DNA of 64,000 nucleotides from a bacterium (GCA_965221165.1 CBDCRP010000003.1:256001-320000), one strand, 5' to 3'. Shown: positions 21,264 to 30,360, counted from the stretch's first letter. Notes: a model not told the origin generated them from the letters alone. Numbers and translations are program-made.

Positions 21264-22235
21264 ATGATTCGATTGACCAAGCCCAAAGCCCTATGGATAT
21301 ACGAAACAATGATTCGTATTAGAAGGTTCGAGGAGCGTTCCATCGAACTATTTCAAGGAGGTGAACTACCAGGTTTCCTCCACGCCTATATTGGCGAAGA
21401 GGCCGTCGCAACCGGGGTTTGCGTTCATTTAACCCCAAAAGACCAAATCACCTCCACGCACCGCGGCCATGGGCACATGATCGCCAAGGGGCTTCAATAC
21501 GAGGGTATGTTCGCCGAATTGTACGCTCGTGCAACCGGCTACTGCAAAGGCAAGGGGGGCTCAATGCATATAGCCGACCAGGGCTTGGGGGTTCTCGGCG
21601 CGAATGGCATTGTGGGAGGGGGTATTCCTATCGCCACCGGCGCTGCCCTCGGACTCAAATTAAAGGGCGAAAAACACGTTGCGGTCAGTTTTTTTGGCGA
21701 CGGGGCAAGTAATGAAGGTGCTTTTCATGAAGGCATCAACATCGCTTCCACCTGGAAACTCCCCGCCGTATTCGTTTGCGAAAACAACGGATTCGCTGAA
21801 AGCACGCCTCGCGCCACTCACCAAGCAGTTCAAGACATCGCCGATCGGGCCAAGGCCTATGGCATGCCTGGAATTGTCGTTGATGGCATGGACCCCCAAG
21901 CTGTATACGAAGTGGCTGGCGAGGCGATTGCGCGGGCTCGCAAAGGGCGAGGACCCACGTTGATCGAAGCAAAAACAATGCGTTTTTTGGGTCATTACGT
22001 GGGCGATCCCGGTACCGCTTATGGACACGACAAAGAAGTGGGCAAATGGCTGAAACGAGACCCACTCATCACTTTTGCCGAAACACTCGAGAAGAAAAAA
22101 TGGTTGAACAAAAAAAGTATCGACGCCATCTACGCGAATGTGAACAAAAAAATGGAAGAAGCCATCGAATTTGCCCGGAAAAGCCCGGAACCCGGGCTTG
22201 ACGACGCCATGACTGACATCTACGCGTCCGTTTAG
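21264..22235 (+). CDS. TPP-dependent 2-oxoacid/acetoin dehydrogenase E1 alpha subunit
   Basis: GFLH.YIGEEA, STHRGHGH, GKGGSMH, FFGDGA..EG, CENN. Confidence 0.93.
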   Translation: MIRLTKPKALWIYETMIRIRRFEERSIELFQGGELPGFLHAYIGEEAVATGVCVHLTPKDQITSTHRGHGHMIAKGLQYEGMFAELYARATGYCKGKGGSMHIADQGLGVLGANGIVGGGIPIATGAALGLKLKGEKHVAVSFFGDGASNEGAFHEGINIASTWKLPAVFVCENNGFAESTPRATHQAVQDIADRAKAYGMPGIVVDGMDPQAVYEVAGEAIARARKGRGPTLIEAKTMRFLGHYVGDPGTAYGHDKEVGKWLKRDPLITFAETLEKKKWLNKKSIDAIYANVNKKMEEAIEFARKSPEPGLDDAMTDIYASV

Positions 22236-22245
22236 AGAAAAGAGA

Positions 22246-23226
22246 ATGCGCGAGATTTTATACCGAGAAGCCATCGTCGAGGCCTTGGATGAAGAAATGG
22301 CGAGAGACTCCTCGGTTTTCCTGCTAGGTGAGGATATCGCTGAGTTCGGCGGCTCATATAAGACGACCGTGGGGCTTTTGGAAAAATATGGCGCTGAGCG
22401 GGTGAGAAACACGCCTATCTCCGAGCAAGGCATCATCGGCGCGACACTGGGGGCGGCCCTCGTGGGCATGAGGCCCGTGGCGGAGTTGATGTACATCGAT
22501 TTTTCCGCTGTCGCCATGGATCAAATCGTCAACCAGGTCGCCAAAGTACGCTACATGTTCGGTGGCAAGGCGAATACCTCGCTCGTCATCAGAACCCAAG
22601 GCGGCGCAGGACGCAGTTCCGCCGCCCAGCACGCGCAAAGCTTGGAAGCTTGGTTCGTTCATGTGCCGGGCCTCAAGGTGATCATGCCCTCCAGCGCGCG
22701 CGACGCCAAAGGCCTCTTGAAGGCGGCCATCAGAGACGAGGATCCGGTCTTCTTCATTGAACATAAACTCCTTTATCTGGAAAAAGGCGCTGTTCCCGAG
22801 GAGGAGGAAGTTATCCCTATCGGCCTCGCCGAAGTGAAAAGACAGGGTAGCGACCTCACCATAGTCGCCACATCCTCGATGGTCGGCAAATCGCTCGCCG
22901 CGGCGGATGAGCTCGAAAAAGAAGGGGTTCACTGCGAGGTCATAGACCCCAGAACGCTTTTCCCCCTCGATGTGGAGACGATTCTCGCCTCCGTGCGCAA
23001 GACGGGCCGGCTCCTCATCACCCATGAGGCCGTTCAGCGTTGCGGCTGGGGAGCGGAAATCGCCGCTCTCGCCGCCAAAGAAGCTTTCGATTATCTCGAC
23101 GCACCCATCGAGCGCGTATGCGCCAAGGAAACGCCGGTGCCCTTTTCGCCCAAACTAGAATCCTACGTCATTCCCGACAAGGATGACGTAATCGCCGGTG
23201 TGCGTGGTATGCTAGAGACGGTATAA
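22246..23226 (+). CDS. 2-oxoacid/acetoin dehydrogenase E1 beta subunit
   Basis: LGEDI, RVRNTPISE, AAQHAQSLEAWF, IDPRTLFPLD. Confidence 0.93.
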   Translation: MREILYREAIVEALDEEMARDSSVFLLGEDIAEFGGSYKTTVGLLEKYGAERVRNTPISEQGIIGATLGAALVGMRPVAELMYIDFSAVAMDQIVNQVAKVRYMFGGKANTSLVIRTQGGAGRSSAAQHAQSLEAWFVHVPGLKVIMPSSARDAKGLLKAAIRDEDPVFFIEHKLLYLEKGAVPEEEEVIPIGLAEVKRQGSDLTIVATSSMVGKSLAAADELEKEGVHCEVIDPRTLFPLDVETILASVRKTGRLLITHEAVQRCGWGAEIAALAAKEAFDYLDAPIERVCAKETPVPFSPKLESYVIPDKDDVIAGVRGMLETV

Positions 23227-23261
23227 CTTCAGAATACATCCAATTATTAGGAGCAAGATTC

Positions 23262-24512
23262 ATGGCCACTCCCCTCCCGATGCCCAAGCTCGGCCTCACC
23301 ATGGAAGAAGGGACCATCCTCAAATGGCGCAAGGGCGAAGGCGAATCGGTCGAAAAGGGCGAGATTATTCTCGACATCCAGACCGATAAGGTCGAGTACG
23401 AGGTCGAATCGCCGGACGGCGGCCTACTGCTCAAGATGCTGGCTGGAGAAGGCGACGTCGTTCCCTGCGGCACGGACATTGCCGTCATCGGCGAGACGGG
23501 AGAGGACATCAGCGATTTTGAAGGCGGCGGGCCCGTCGAGACCCCCGTGGAGGCGGAACCCAGCGCGGCGGATGCGCCCCCGACGCCACCACCCGCCCCG
23601 GCGCCTGCCCCTGTTCCAGCGCCACCCCTCCCCGCTCAGCCGGCACCTGCGGGCAGGGTCTTCGCCAGCCCGGCGGCAAGGCGCGTGGCCCGTGAACTCG
23701 GAATCGATTTCCGCACCCTGAAAGGCTCGGGCCCCGGCGGAAGAATCGTGCAGGCCGACGTGAGAACGGCGGCGGCATCGGGTCTTACCGCAGCACCGGC
23801 CGCCGCGAGCGGTCCGGCGGCCGTGGCCGCTTCGACGCCCCTGGTCGGCATGCGGAAAATCATCGCCGATCGCATGCTTTCGAGTTGGTCCCAGGTGCCG
23901 CGCATCACCATGCAGGCCGAGGTGGACCTCACCAACCTCCTCGCCGTGCGCGAGGCCAGCCGCCAGGCGTGGGAGAACGACTTCGGCGTCAGGGTATCCA
24001 TCAACGATCTCATCCTCTTCTACACCGCCCGCGCCGTGCGCCGCTGTCCGGCCGTGAACGTCCGCCTCGCCGAAAACGCCCTGGAACAGATGCGGGATGT
24101 GAACATCGGGGTAGCAGTAGCCGTCGAGCGGGGACTGATGGTGCCCGTCATCAGAGGCGCCGATCAGAAATCCATCGATGCCGTCTCGCGCGAGTCGAGA
24201 GCGCTGGCCGAGGCGGCCCGCGCGGGCGCCTTGGGCCTCGACGCGCTGGAAGGAGGCACCTTCACGGTCTCGAATCTGGGCGCCTACGGAGTGGACCATT
24301 TCAGCGCCATCATCAACCACCCCGAATCCGCCATCCTCTCCGTTGGCGCGGCGAGAGAGCGCGCCGTGGTGCGAAACGGCGAGGTCGTGGCCCGGACGAC
24401 GGCCTACGTCGGCATCAACGCCGACCACCGCCTGGTCGACGGCGCGCCGGCGGCCGAGTTCCTGGCCACGCTCAAGGACATGCTCGAGCATCCCAAGGTG
24501 ATGCCCGCCTGA
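23262..24512 (+). CDS. Dihydrolipoamide acyltransferase E2
   Basis: Lipoyl motif TDKV, E3-binding ASPAARR, catalytic DHRLVDG. Confidence 0.93.
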   Translation: MATPLPMPKLGLTMEEGTILKWRKGEGESVEKGEIILDIQTDKVEYEVESPDGGLLLKMLAGEGDVVPCGTDIAVIGETGEDISDFEGGGPVETPVEAEPSAADAPPTPPPAPAPAPVPAPPLPAQPAPAGRVFASPAARRVARELGIDFRTLKGSGPGGRIVQADVRTAAASGLTAAPAAASGPAAVAASTPLVGMRKIIADRMLSSWSQVPRITMQAEVDLTNLLAVREASRQAWENDFGVRVSINDLILFYTARAVRRCPAVNVRLAENALEQMRDVNIGVAVAVERGLMVPVIRGADQKSIDAVSRESRALAEAARAGALGLDALEGGTFTVSNLGAYGVDHFSAIINHPESAILSVGAARERAVVRNGEVVARTTAYVGINADHRLVDGAPAAEFLATLKDMLEHPKVMPA

Positions 24513-24591
24513 CCCCCACATTTTTTTTATTTAGTGAAAAAGCCTGAAAACGCCCTTTTCGTGCGTGCGCCTAAAATAGTGTGTGTAGTAA

Positions 24592-24604
24592 TATCAATTA
24601 CTTA
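24592..24604 (+). promoter_or_regulatory. IHF-consensus site in an AT-rich, T-tract region
   Basis: TATCAATTACTTA fits WATCAANNNNTTR; followed by a long pyrimidine/T-tract stretch at 24620-24712. Confidence 0.35.
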
Positions 24605-24714
24605 GGTTGATTTATTAAACCATTTTATATTTTCAGTTTTTTTCAGATATTTCCCCCTTTTTTCACCTTTTTTTACTTTTTTTCCCATATCCTTTTTCGC
24701 ATTTTTCCTTCTTC

Positions 24715-25124
24715 GTCAAACCCGACCGAGGAGGGAGGAATGTTCCGGCCAATGGGGAAAATTGCCCGCTTCCGGGGGACTGGTGTCCATCATTGCAGGG
24801 GCCGTTCGCGAACGGCCCTTACGGTAGTGGGGGATGATTTTCTCTGTGGATGGAACCCCGTCCCAGGGGTTGACCACAGGTCGCGACCAGCCCCCTAGGG
24901 GTCGAGGTGAAGAAGCTCGTGGGTTGCCGGAATTCAATCTGACTTGAAATTCACCTGTCCCGGATCCCCCATTCAAGCGCTGCGGGATGACAATCAAAGG
25001 CGAAGACAATCCCGTGCGGGGAGGAACGATTCCTCCTCGGGCGGGAGAATCCCTTCCTCCTTGGGCGGAACAATCCCTCCCTCCCCGGTCGGAACAATCC
25101 CTTCCTCCTCGAGCGGGATTCACC
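24715..25124. repeat. Repeat mosaic: degenerate 24-bp module arrays, REP hairpin and GTCATCCC-type element
   Basis: Module units at 24715-24780 (+) and a four-unit array at 25027-25124 (-); REP GCAGGGGCCGTTCGCGAACGGCCCTTAC at 24795-24822; family C end at about 24962-24998. Confidence 0.75.
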
Positions 25125-25272
25125 CCGATTTCCATCGCGCCGCGCCGTGTAGTATTATCATTTATGTTGCAATTTATATTGCGGCGCGCGTTTCGGGCGT
25201 GTTCGCGATTCGAGAATGTCATGACTATTTCTCCGCCCCCCGGGACCCGGGTCATAATTCAGGAGACAAGCG

Positions 25273-25683
25273 ATGGCCGAGACAGTTCGGGAAGTAAACT
25301 ACTATTACATCACCGCTTCCAATAAGCCGGGAGAAGGCGCCGCCCTCGCTTCGCTCTTCAAGGACGCGGGCGTCAGCCTGCTGGCGATGCACGCCTTCCC
25401 CGCGCGCAGGCGCGTTCAGGTCGACTTCGTGCCCGAGGACGCGCGGGCCTTCACCTCCTTCGCGCGCAAGGCGAAGCTTAAGCTCAGCCCCCGGAAAAAG
25501 GCCTTCCTCGTCGAGGGCACGGATCGCACCGGGGCGCTTCTGCCGGTTCTCACCAAGCTCGCCGAGGCTGGAATCAACATCACCGCCATCACGGCCATCG
25601 CCGCGGGCAGGAAGCGCTACGGCGCCATCTTCTGGGTGAATCCCAAGGACCAGCGCAGGGCCAAGAAAGCGCTGGGGGTGTAG
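25273..25683 (+). CDS. Tandem ACT-domain protein
   Basis: NKPGEGA...L...GVSL and DRTGAL...LAEAGINITA ACT patterns; AGGAG RBS. Confidence 0.8.
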   Translation: MAETVREVNYYYITASNKPGEGAALASLFKDAGVSLLAMHAFPARRRVQVDFVPEDARAFTSFARKAKLKLSPRKKAFLVEGTDRTGALLPVLTKLAEAGINITAITAIAAGRKRYGAIFWVNPKDQRRAKKALGV

Positions 25684-25712
25684 AGCAAGGAAGAAGGGAT
25701 TGCATGGGTTTT

Positions 25713-26215
25713 GTAGGGGCGGACCTATGTATCCGCCCCACAAGTTCCCCCCACATCTCCATTGGGGAATCCACGCATCACTAGGGTGAACACACAGGTT
25801 TTTACCTACTAACCTAATGAACCTCCGTAGGGGTGTCGAACTTCCCTGAGAAAGGGAAGTTCGTATGTGTCCGCCCGCCTTTGCGTCTTCGCTCGTCATT
25901 CCGGTGTTAAACCCGACTGACGAGAAAGGGTTTGCGGAATCCAGAACCAGTTTTGAAAAAGCGGGACCTTCGTAATCACTCCTCCCTTGAGGGTCGGTCT
26001 TTCCTTCTCGGGAAGACCGACGCAGAAGCCGAGTCCTCAGGGCGAAGGCTGATGCGGTGGGGGGCTAATCCGACCGGAGAGGGAGCGATTATGCCTTTTG
26101 TAGGGGAGGCATACATGCCTCCCTGCCTTTTCGCCTTCAAACCATGGGTCGCATATATGCGTGGGGCGGTCCCGAGGAGTCGGTTCCGACCGAAGAGGGA
26201 GGAACCGCCACTTAC
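25713..26215. repeat. Dense cluster of REP-like families A, B and C carrying nested small hairpin insertions
   Basis: GTAGGGGCGGACCTATGTATCCGCCC at 25713; interrupted copy at 25827-25876; CGTCATTCCGGTG...CGGAATCC at 25894-25942; family B at 25974-26064; GTAGGGGAGGC pair at 26100-26215. Confidence 0.8.
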
Positions 26216-26234
26216 AAACCCCTGCTTGACTCCG

Positions 26235-26708
26235 TCATTTCGGCCCTAGCCCCAACTCCATGAACAGCGCGCCCTCCACGGGATTTTCGGCGTAAGGGGC
26301 GATCTCCGTAAAACCCATCGAGCGGTACAGAGCCATGGCCGCGCGCATGGAGGGCAGCGTATCTAAGCGCATGGCGGCGTAGCCAATCTCCCGCGCGATG
26401 CGGACGATCTGCTCAGCACTCCTTCTCCCCAAACCGCGCCCGCGAAAATCAGGCCGCACGAAGAGGCGCTTCATCTCGCAGACTTTCCCGCCCAAATCCC
26501 TGAGGGCGACACAGCCGACGGCCCGTTCCTCCACGCGGATCAAGAGAAATCGCCCGCCCGGCGGGCCGTACATGCGCTCGAGACTTTCGAGTTCTTCGGG
26601 AAAACCCTGAAAACACAGGTCGATTCCGAGACCGGCCTCGTACTCACGCAGCAACTCTCTCGCCTCGCGGTAATCTTCTTCCGTGGCTGCTGGGATGAAC
26701 CCGGACAT
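26235..26708 (-). CDS. GNAT family N-acetyltransferase
   Basis: DLCFQGF..EL..L, CEMKRLFVRP.FRGRGLG, RLDTL..M..A..LY. Confidence 0.92.
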   Translation of the reverse strand: MSGFIPAATEEDYREARELLREYEAGLGIDLCFQGFPEELESLERMYGPPGGRFLLIRVEERAVGCVALRDLGGKVCEMKRLFVRPDFRGRGLGRRSAEQIVRIAREIGYAAMRLDTLPSMRAAMALYRSMGFTEIAPYAENPVEGALFMELGLGPK

Positions 26709-26769
26709 TTTATGGCTTCCTCCTCGTCGCGCCCATCCTAGCGCAGAAAAACGGGAGCCGCACCGGAGA

Positions 26770-26955
26770 GGTCAATCGCGAGCGAGGAGGGAGGAAATCC
26801 GTTTTTGTAGGGGCGGTTCGCGAACCACCTCTACAGGGAAAGATTAACCCGTCATTCCGGTGTGAATCCTGACTTGGGAGGGAAAGATGGATTGTTCCGA
26901 CCAAGAAAGGAGGAAGACATCGGGTCACAATCCCTCGCTCCTGCCCGGAACAATC
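26770..26955. repeat. REP hairpin plus family C end with 24-bp module units
   Basis: Module at 26771-26798; GTAGGGGCGGTTCGCGAACCACCTCTAC at 26807-26834; CGTCATTCCGGTG at 26850 followed by two modules and an inverted one. Confidence 0.7.
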
Positions 26956-27044
26956 GCCGCTTCCCGTTGATCCCCACCCCCCCTTACGCGAAAATGCGCC
27001 CTCACTCTCATCCGTTCACGTTTCACCAGAAAAGGAATTCCCAC

Positions 27045-27707
27045 ATGCCGATAAACGAAGCCACCGGCCTATCTCAGGACATGGGCGTCACCGAGGAGAT
27101 GATGGCCTGCCCCCTCCCCCGGGTGCCGCTCATCGACCCGGAGAACATCCCCGAACACCTGGCCGCGGAACTGGCCCCCCTCTATGAGCGCGGCGTGAAG
27201 CGCTGGGGCAAAGTGTCGCGCTTTTTGCGCCTTCTCGGCTGGGCGCCCGGCTTCGTCGAGGGCTGGCAGATCATGGACGGAAAGCTGAGAGTCCAGCACC
27301 AGAAAACCGACCCCGAATACCTCCACATGGCCCAGCTCGTCATCATCAAGACGGCGATTCTCACCGAATGCAACAACTGACTCGGGCACAACGTCGAGCT
27401 CGGTCGGGCTCAGGGCATCGCGCAGGAGAAAATCAATTTATTGGAGGGCGACGGCTGGCGCGAAAGCGATCTGTTCAACGAGAAAGAAAAAGCCGCCATT
27501 GGCTGGGCGGAAGAAATCACGAACCTGACGCCCAAGGGGAACGACGCGGCATTCGAGGCCATGAAGAAACATTTTTCCACCGAACAACTCGTCTCCCTGA
27601 CCCTCATCTGCGGTCTTTGGAACCTGACGGGCCGCGTGGCCGAGGCCCTTCATCTCGTCGTGGAACCCCCCGGCGAGCGCATCGCCTTTCAGGACGGGAG
27701 TGAGTAG
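27045..27707 (+). CDS. AhpD/carboxymuconolactone decarboxylase-like selenoprotein (in-frame UGA at 27378-27380 read as Sec)
   Basis: ATG 27045 after AAGGA; ...QLVIIKTAILTEC-N-N-U-LGHNVELGRAQG... continues in frame into ORF 27441..27707 (FNEKEKAAIGWAEEIT...HFSTEQLV), restoring one 220-aa CMD-family protein. Confidence 0.88.
27396..27411 (+). promoter_or_regulatory. Bacterial SECIS-like hairpin of the AhpD-like gene
   Basis: GAGCTC-GGTC-GGGCTC: 6-bp stem (one U-G pair), G-led tetraloop starting 22 nt after the UGA. Confidence 0.75.
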
Positions 27708-27722
27708 GGGGAATTTGTCGGG

Positions 27723-28334
27723 TTATGGAGCGACGCCCACAAGCACCAGAGGAACTGCGGGAACCCCACGTCCTTGCCGCAAAACATTCAGCAAATCCCG
27801 CTCATAGTAGGCGACGCCGGAGGACATCTCCCGCTCCAATTCCTTCATGGGGAGTATCTCCACTCCAACGTCGATGATGTCGGAAACATAAAAGCTGAGA
27901 TGCTTCACGAAGAGGTCGTGAGCGACGAAGGCGTACTTGCCGAACTGAACCTCCACCGCAACGCGCTCTTTTACGAAATCCGTCTGGTTGTAAGACATGA
28001 TGGGCTCAAATCCCGCTTTTTCAATCGCGCGCTTCTGCTCACTTTCCGACAGGCCGTATATGCCGCGCATGAGCTTCTCATCCGCCGTAAGCCAGAAAGT
28101 GCTCCTGCGCTCGCTCCAGCCGCGCGCCTTGAGGCCATCCTTGTACGCAAGATTCATGTCGGCCGGCGAGAACAGCACCTTGCCGGGCATGGTTTTTTCT
28201 TTGGATATCTTGGTCCGGCAAGCCATCGCGTCTACTTCCGCAATGACGTCCTTCACTTCATCCCATAAATGATTGCGGTGAACGATCAGGTACTCTTCGC
28301 CGTTTAAATGCGAGTAGCTGGCTTGGATGCGCAC
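27723..28334 (-). CDS. BglII/BstYI-family type II restriction endonuclease
   Basis: YSHLNG, NQTDFVKERVAVEVQFGKY (D...E-x-Q catalytic pattern), DVGVEILP. Confidence 0.85.
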   Translation of the reverse strand: MRIQASYSHLNGEEYLIVHRNHLWDEVKDVIAEVDAMACRTKISKEKTMPGKVLFSPADMNLAYKDGLKARGWSERRSTFWLTADEKLMRGIYGLSESEQKRAIEKAGFEPIMSYNQTDFVKERVAVEVQFGKYAFVAHDLFVKHLSFYVSDIIDVGVEILPMKELEREMSSGVAYYERDLLNVLRQGRGVPAVPLVLVGVAP

Positions 28335-29248
28335 TAATGCCCACCGTTGGGTTTGGCGGGGTCGTAGATAGGCTTTCCCATCGGGCGCGTTTTAAGGGTA
28401 CCCGCATCTAGCCGACGCACCCGGTTCAGCGCGATATCCACATATTCCGAAACAACCTCACAGCCATAGGCCGATCTCTCGTGCATGAGCGCGGCAATGA
28501 CGGAGGAGCCGACGCCCATGTAGGGGTCGAACACCGCGTCGCCCTCATCCGTCATGGAGAGAACGAGGCGCTCTACCAACTCGACGGGGAACTGGCAGGG
28601 GTGAATCGTTTTTTCCGGATGGTTGCTCTTCACGTTCGGGAAGGTCCACACGTCGCTCGGGTTCTTTCCCTTTGGGTTCCCCGATAGTTTACCGATGTTC
28701 GGTCCCTTGAAGTGTTTTTTACCCGGATATTTCGCCGGAACCCGAATCGGGTCGAGATTCCAGGTGTAATCATCGCCCCTCGTCCACCAGTTGATCGTCT
28801 CGTATCGGCCCGAGAGCCGCTTGGCGCAATGAAGCCCGTGGCCGAAACACCAGACTATTCGGTTGCGGAGCCTAAGTCCCTGCGCTCGAAATACGGGATA
28901 GAGAACCGCGTCGAGCGGAATGATCTCCCCGTTTTCCACATAATTACCGACCTGCCAACAGATGGAGCCTTGGGGGTGCAGGAGCCTCACGCACTCATTT
29001 ATCACGCGTTCCTGCGCTTCGACGTAAGAGTCGAGCGGAGCTCTCGATTCGTATTCCTTCCCCAGATTGTAAGGGGGTGAGGTGACGATGAGCTTCATCC
29101 TTTCGTCGGGAAGCTCGGCCATGAAAATGAGGTTGTCCGCGCACGCGAGGATGGGTTGGCTCTTGGGCTTTTCCTGCTCCAATCGAGGGAGCATGTCCTG
29201 CGCCGGTTGCCGCACTGCGTCCTCAACATGCGAAGCGGCGTTGGTCAT
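28334..29248 (-). CDS. Site-specific DNA methyltransferase (beta class, N4-C type)
   Basis: TSPPYN motif IV before HPCQFP and DPYMGVGS motif I; stop overlaps the endonuclease start by 1 nt. Confidence 0.92.
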   Translation of the reverse strand: MTNAASHVEDAVRQPAQDMLPRLEQEKPKSQPILACADNLIFMAELPDERMKLIVTSPPYNLGKEYESRAPLDSYVEAQERVINECVRLLHPQGSICWQVGNYVENGEIIPLDAVLYPVFRAQGLRLRNRIVWCFGHGLHCAKRLSGRYETINWWTRGDDYTWNLDPIRVPAKYPGKKHFKGPNIGKLSGNPKGKNPSDVWTFPNVKSNHPEKTIHPCQFPVELVERLVLSMTDEGDAVFDPYMGVGSSVIAALMHERSAYGCEVVSEYVDIALNRVRRLDAGTLKTRPMGKPIYDPAKPNGGH

Positions 29249-29387
29249 CCAATTTCCTCACGGGCGGCAATATCTGACTCTGGTCGCGCGTCAATGTCTT
29301 CATCTTTACGGGCGGTGAATCATCATACAACCCGTTTTGCCGACTCTCAAGCCCAAGGTTTCTTTCAGGCTCTCCGATGCTTTTCCC

Positions 29388-30257
29388 TCATGCGGCGCAT
29401 CCCACCCCGCGCTTAAGCTTCACCCCCCGCACCGCCAAAACCTCGCGCGCGGGGGAGCGGTCGCCGGTGCAGCTGATCCGGCGCGGGCCTGCGAGGAATT
29501 GCAGCGAAAATCCCGTCTCTTCATATAAGCGGACGATTCTTTCCGTCGCCTGGTTCGAGAGCACGACGGGGCCTTCGTGCGCGCTGAGAAATTCCGCCAA
29601 GCGCACCTGATCCGCCCAGGAGAAATCCTCTTTGGCGTATTGCGTGAACTGGACGTCATACGGAGGATCCGCGTAGATGAAATCATCGGGCTCGATGGGG
29701 AGCGTCTCGAAATCCTGGCACCGAAACTCCCAGTCCCCAAAAATCTCCCGGTAAGACTTAAAATTTTTTGCGTAGTTGATTCGCTTGTAGCGTCCGAAGG
29801 GGACGTTGAACTCGCCTTTGCCGTTGAAGCGGCAAAGCCCGTTGTAGCCAGTGCGGTTTAAGTAATAGAAAAGCTCCGCCGCCTCCTTGTTGCGCCCCTT
29901 TCCGCTCATGAGGAGAGAGTTAAACCGCTCCCTGTGGGCGTAGTAGGTATCGGCCTCGTTGCGCATGTCGACCCGCGCGCGCGTCAAACCCTTCTTCAGC
30001 CAGGCGTAGAAATTCATGAGCGGGGCGTTGATGTCGTTCAAAAGCGCCTCCTCGGGCCTGAGGCCGAGCGCTACGGCCAGCCCCCCGCAGAAAGGCTCCA
30101 CGAGGCGGCGCTCGCTGTGCATTTCCCAATAGGCCTGAATATGCGGGATGAGCCACCGCTTGCCGCCGGCCCATTTGAGGGGCGGCGCAAGTTTTTCCTC
30201 GCCAGTGCGGATTTTGGCTATTGATGTGCGAGCTTGCGCTTTCGTGCTCGTGGCCAT
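29388..30257 (-). CDS. Dam-family (D12 class) DNA adenine methyltransferase
   Basis: PPLKWAGGK, EPFCGG, YLNRTGYNGLCRFN..G.FNVPFG, YADPPY. Confidence 0.92.
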   Translation of the reverse strand: MATSTKAQARTSIAKIRTGEEKLAPPLKWAGGKRWLIPHIQAYWEMHSERRLVEPFCGGLAVALGLRPEEALLNDINAPLMNFYAWLKKGLTRARVDMRNEADTYYAHRERFNSLLMSGKGRNKEAAELFYYLNRTGYNGLCRFNGKGEFNVPFGRYKRINYAKNFKSYREIFGDWEFRCQDFETLPIEPDDFIYADPPYDVQFTQYAKEDFSWADQVRLAEFLSAHEGPVVLSNQATERIVRLYEETGFSLQFLAGPRRISCTGDRSPAREVLAVRGVKLKRGVGCAA

Positions 30258-30360
30258 TCGGATATCCCGGAGTGCTACGGCAAAGATGAAGTGGGCGGAT
30301 GCGAAACACCATACCACAACAGGTAGCTTAAGCCACCGGAAACCGGCGAGGTTCGCCCCC

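Noticed and set aside
7500-22000. dif or parS site, or a genomic-island boundary, explaining the GC trough
   Set aside because: No convincing match to dif or TGTTTCACGTGAAACA was seen by eye, and there is no integrase, tRNA or direct repeat; a computational scan is still needed
25027-25124. Possible mini-CRISPR array
   Set aside because: Units are contiguous 24-bp degenerate repeats with no unique spacers of normal length, and no cas genes are in the window
24716-25899. ORFs 24716..25255 (with RGGRDCS repeats) and 25252..25899
   Set aside because: Translations of the repeat mosaic and of the antisense strand of the ACT gene; the peptide repeat only reflects the 24-bp period
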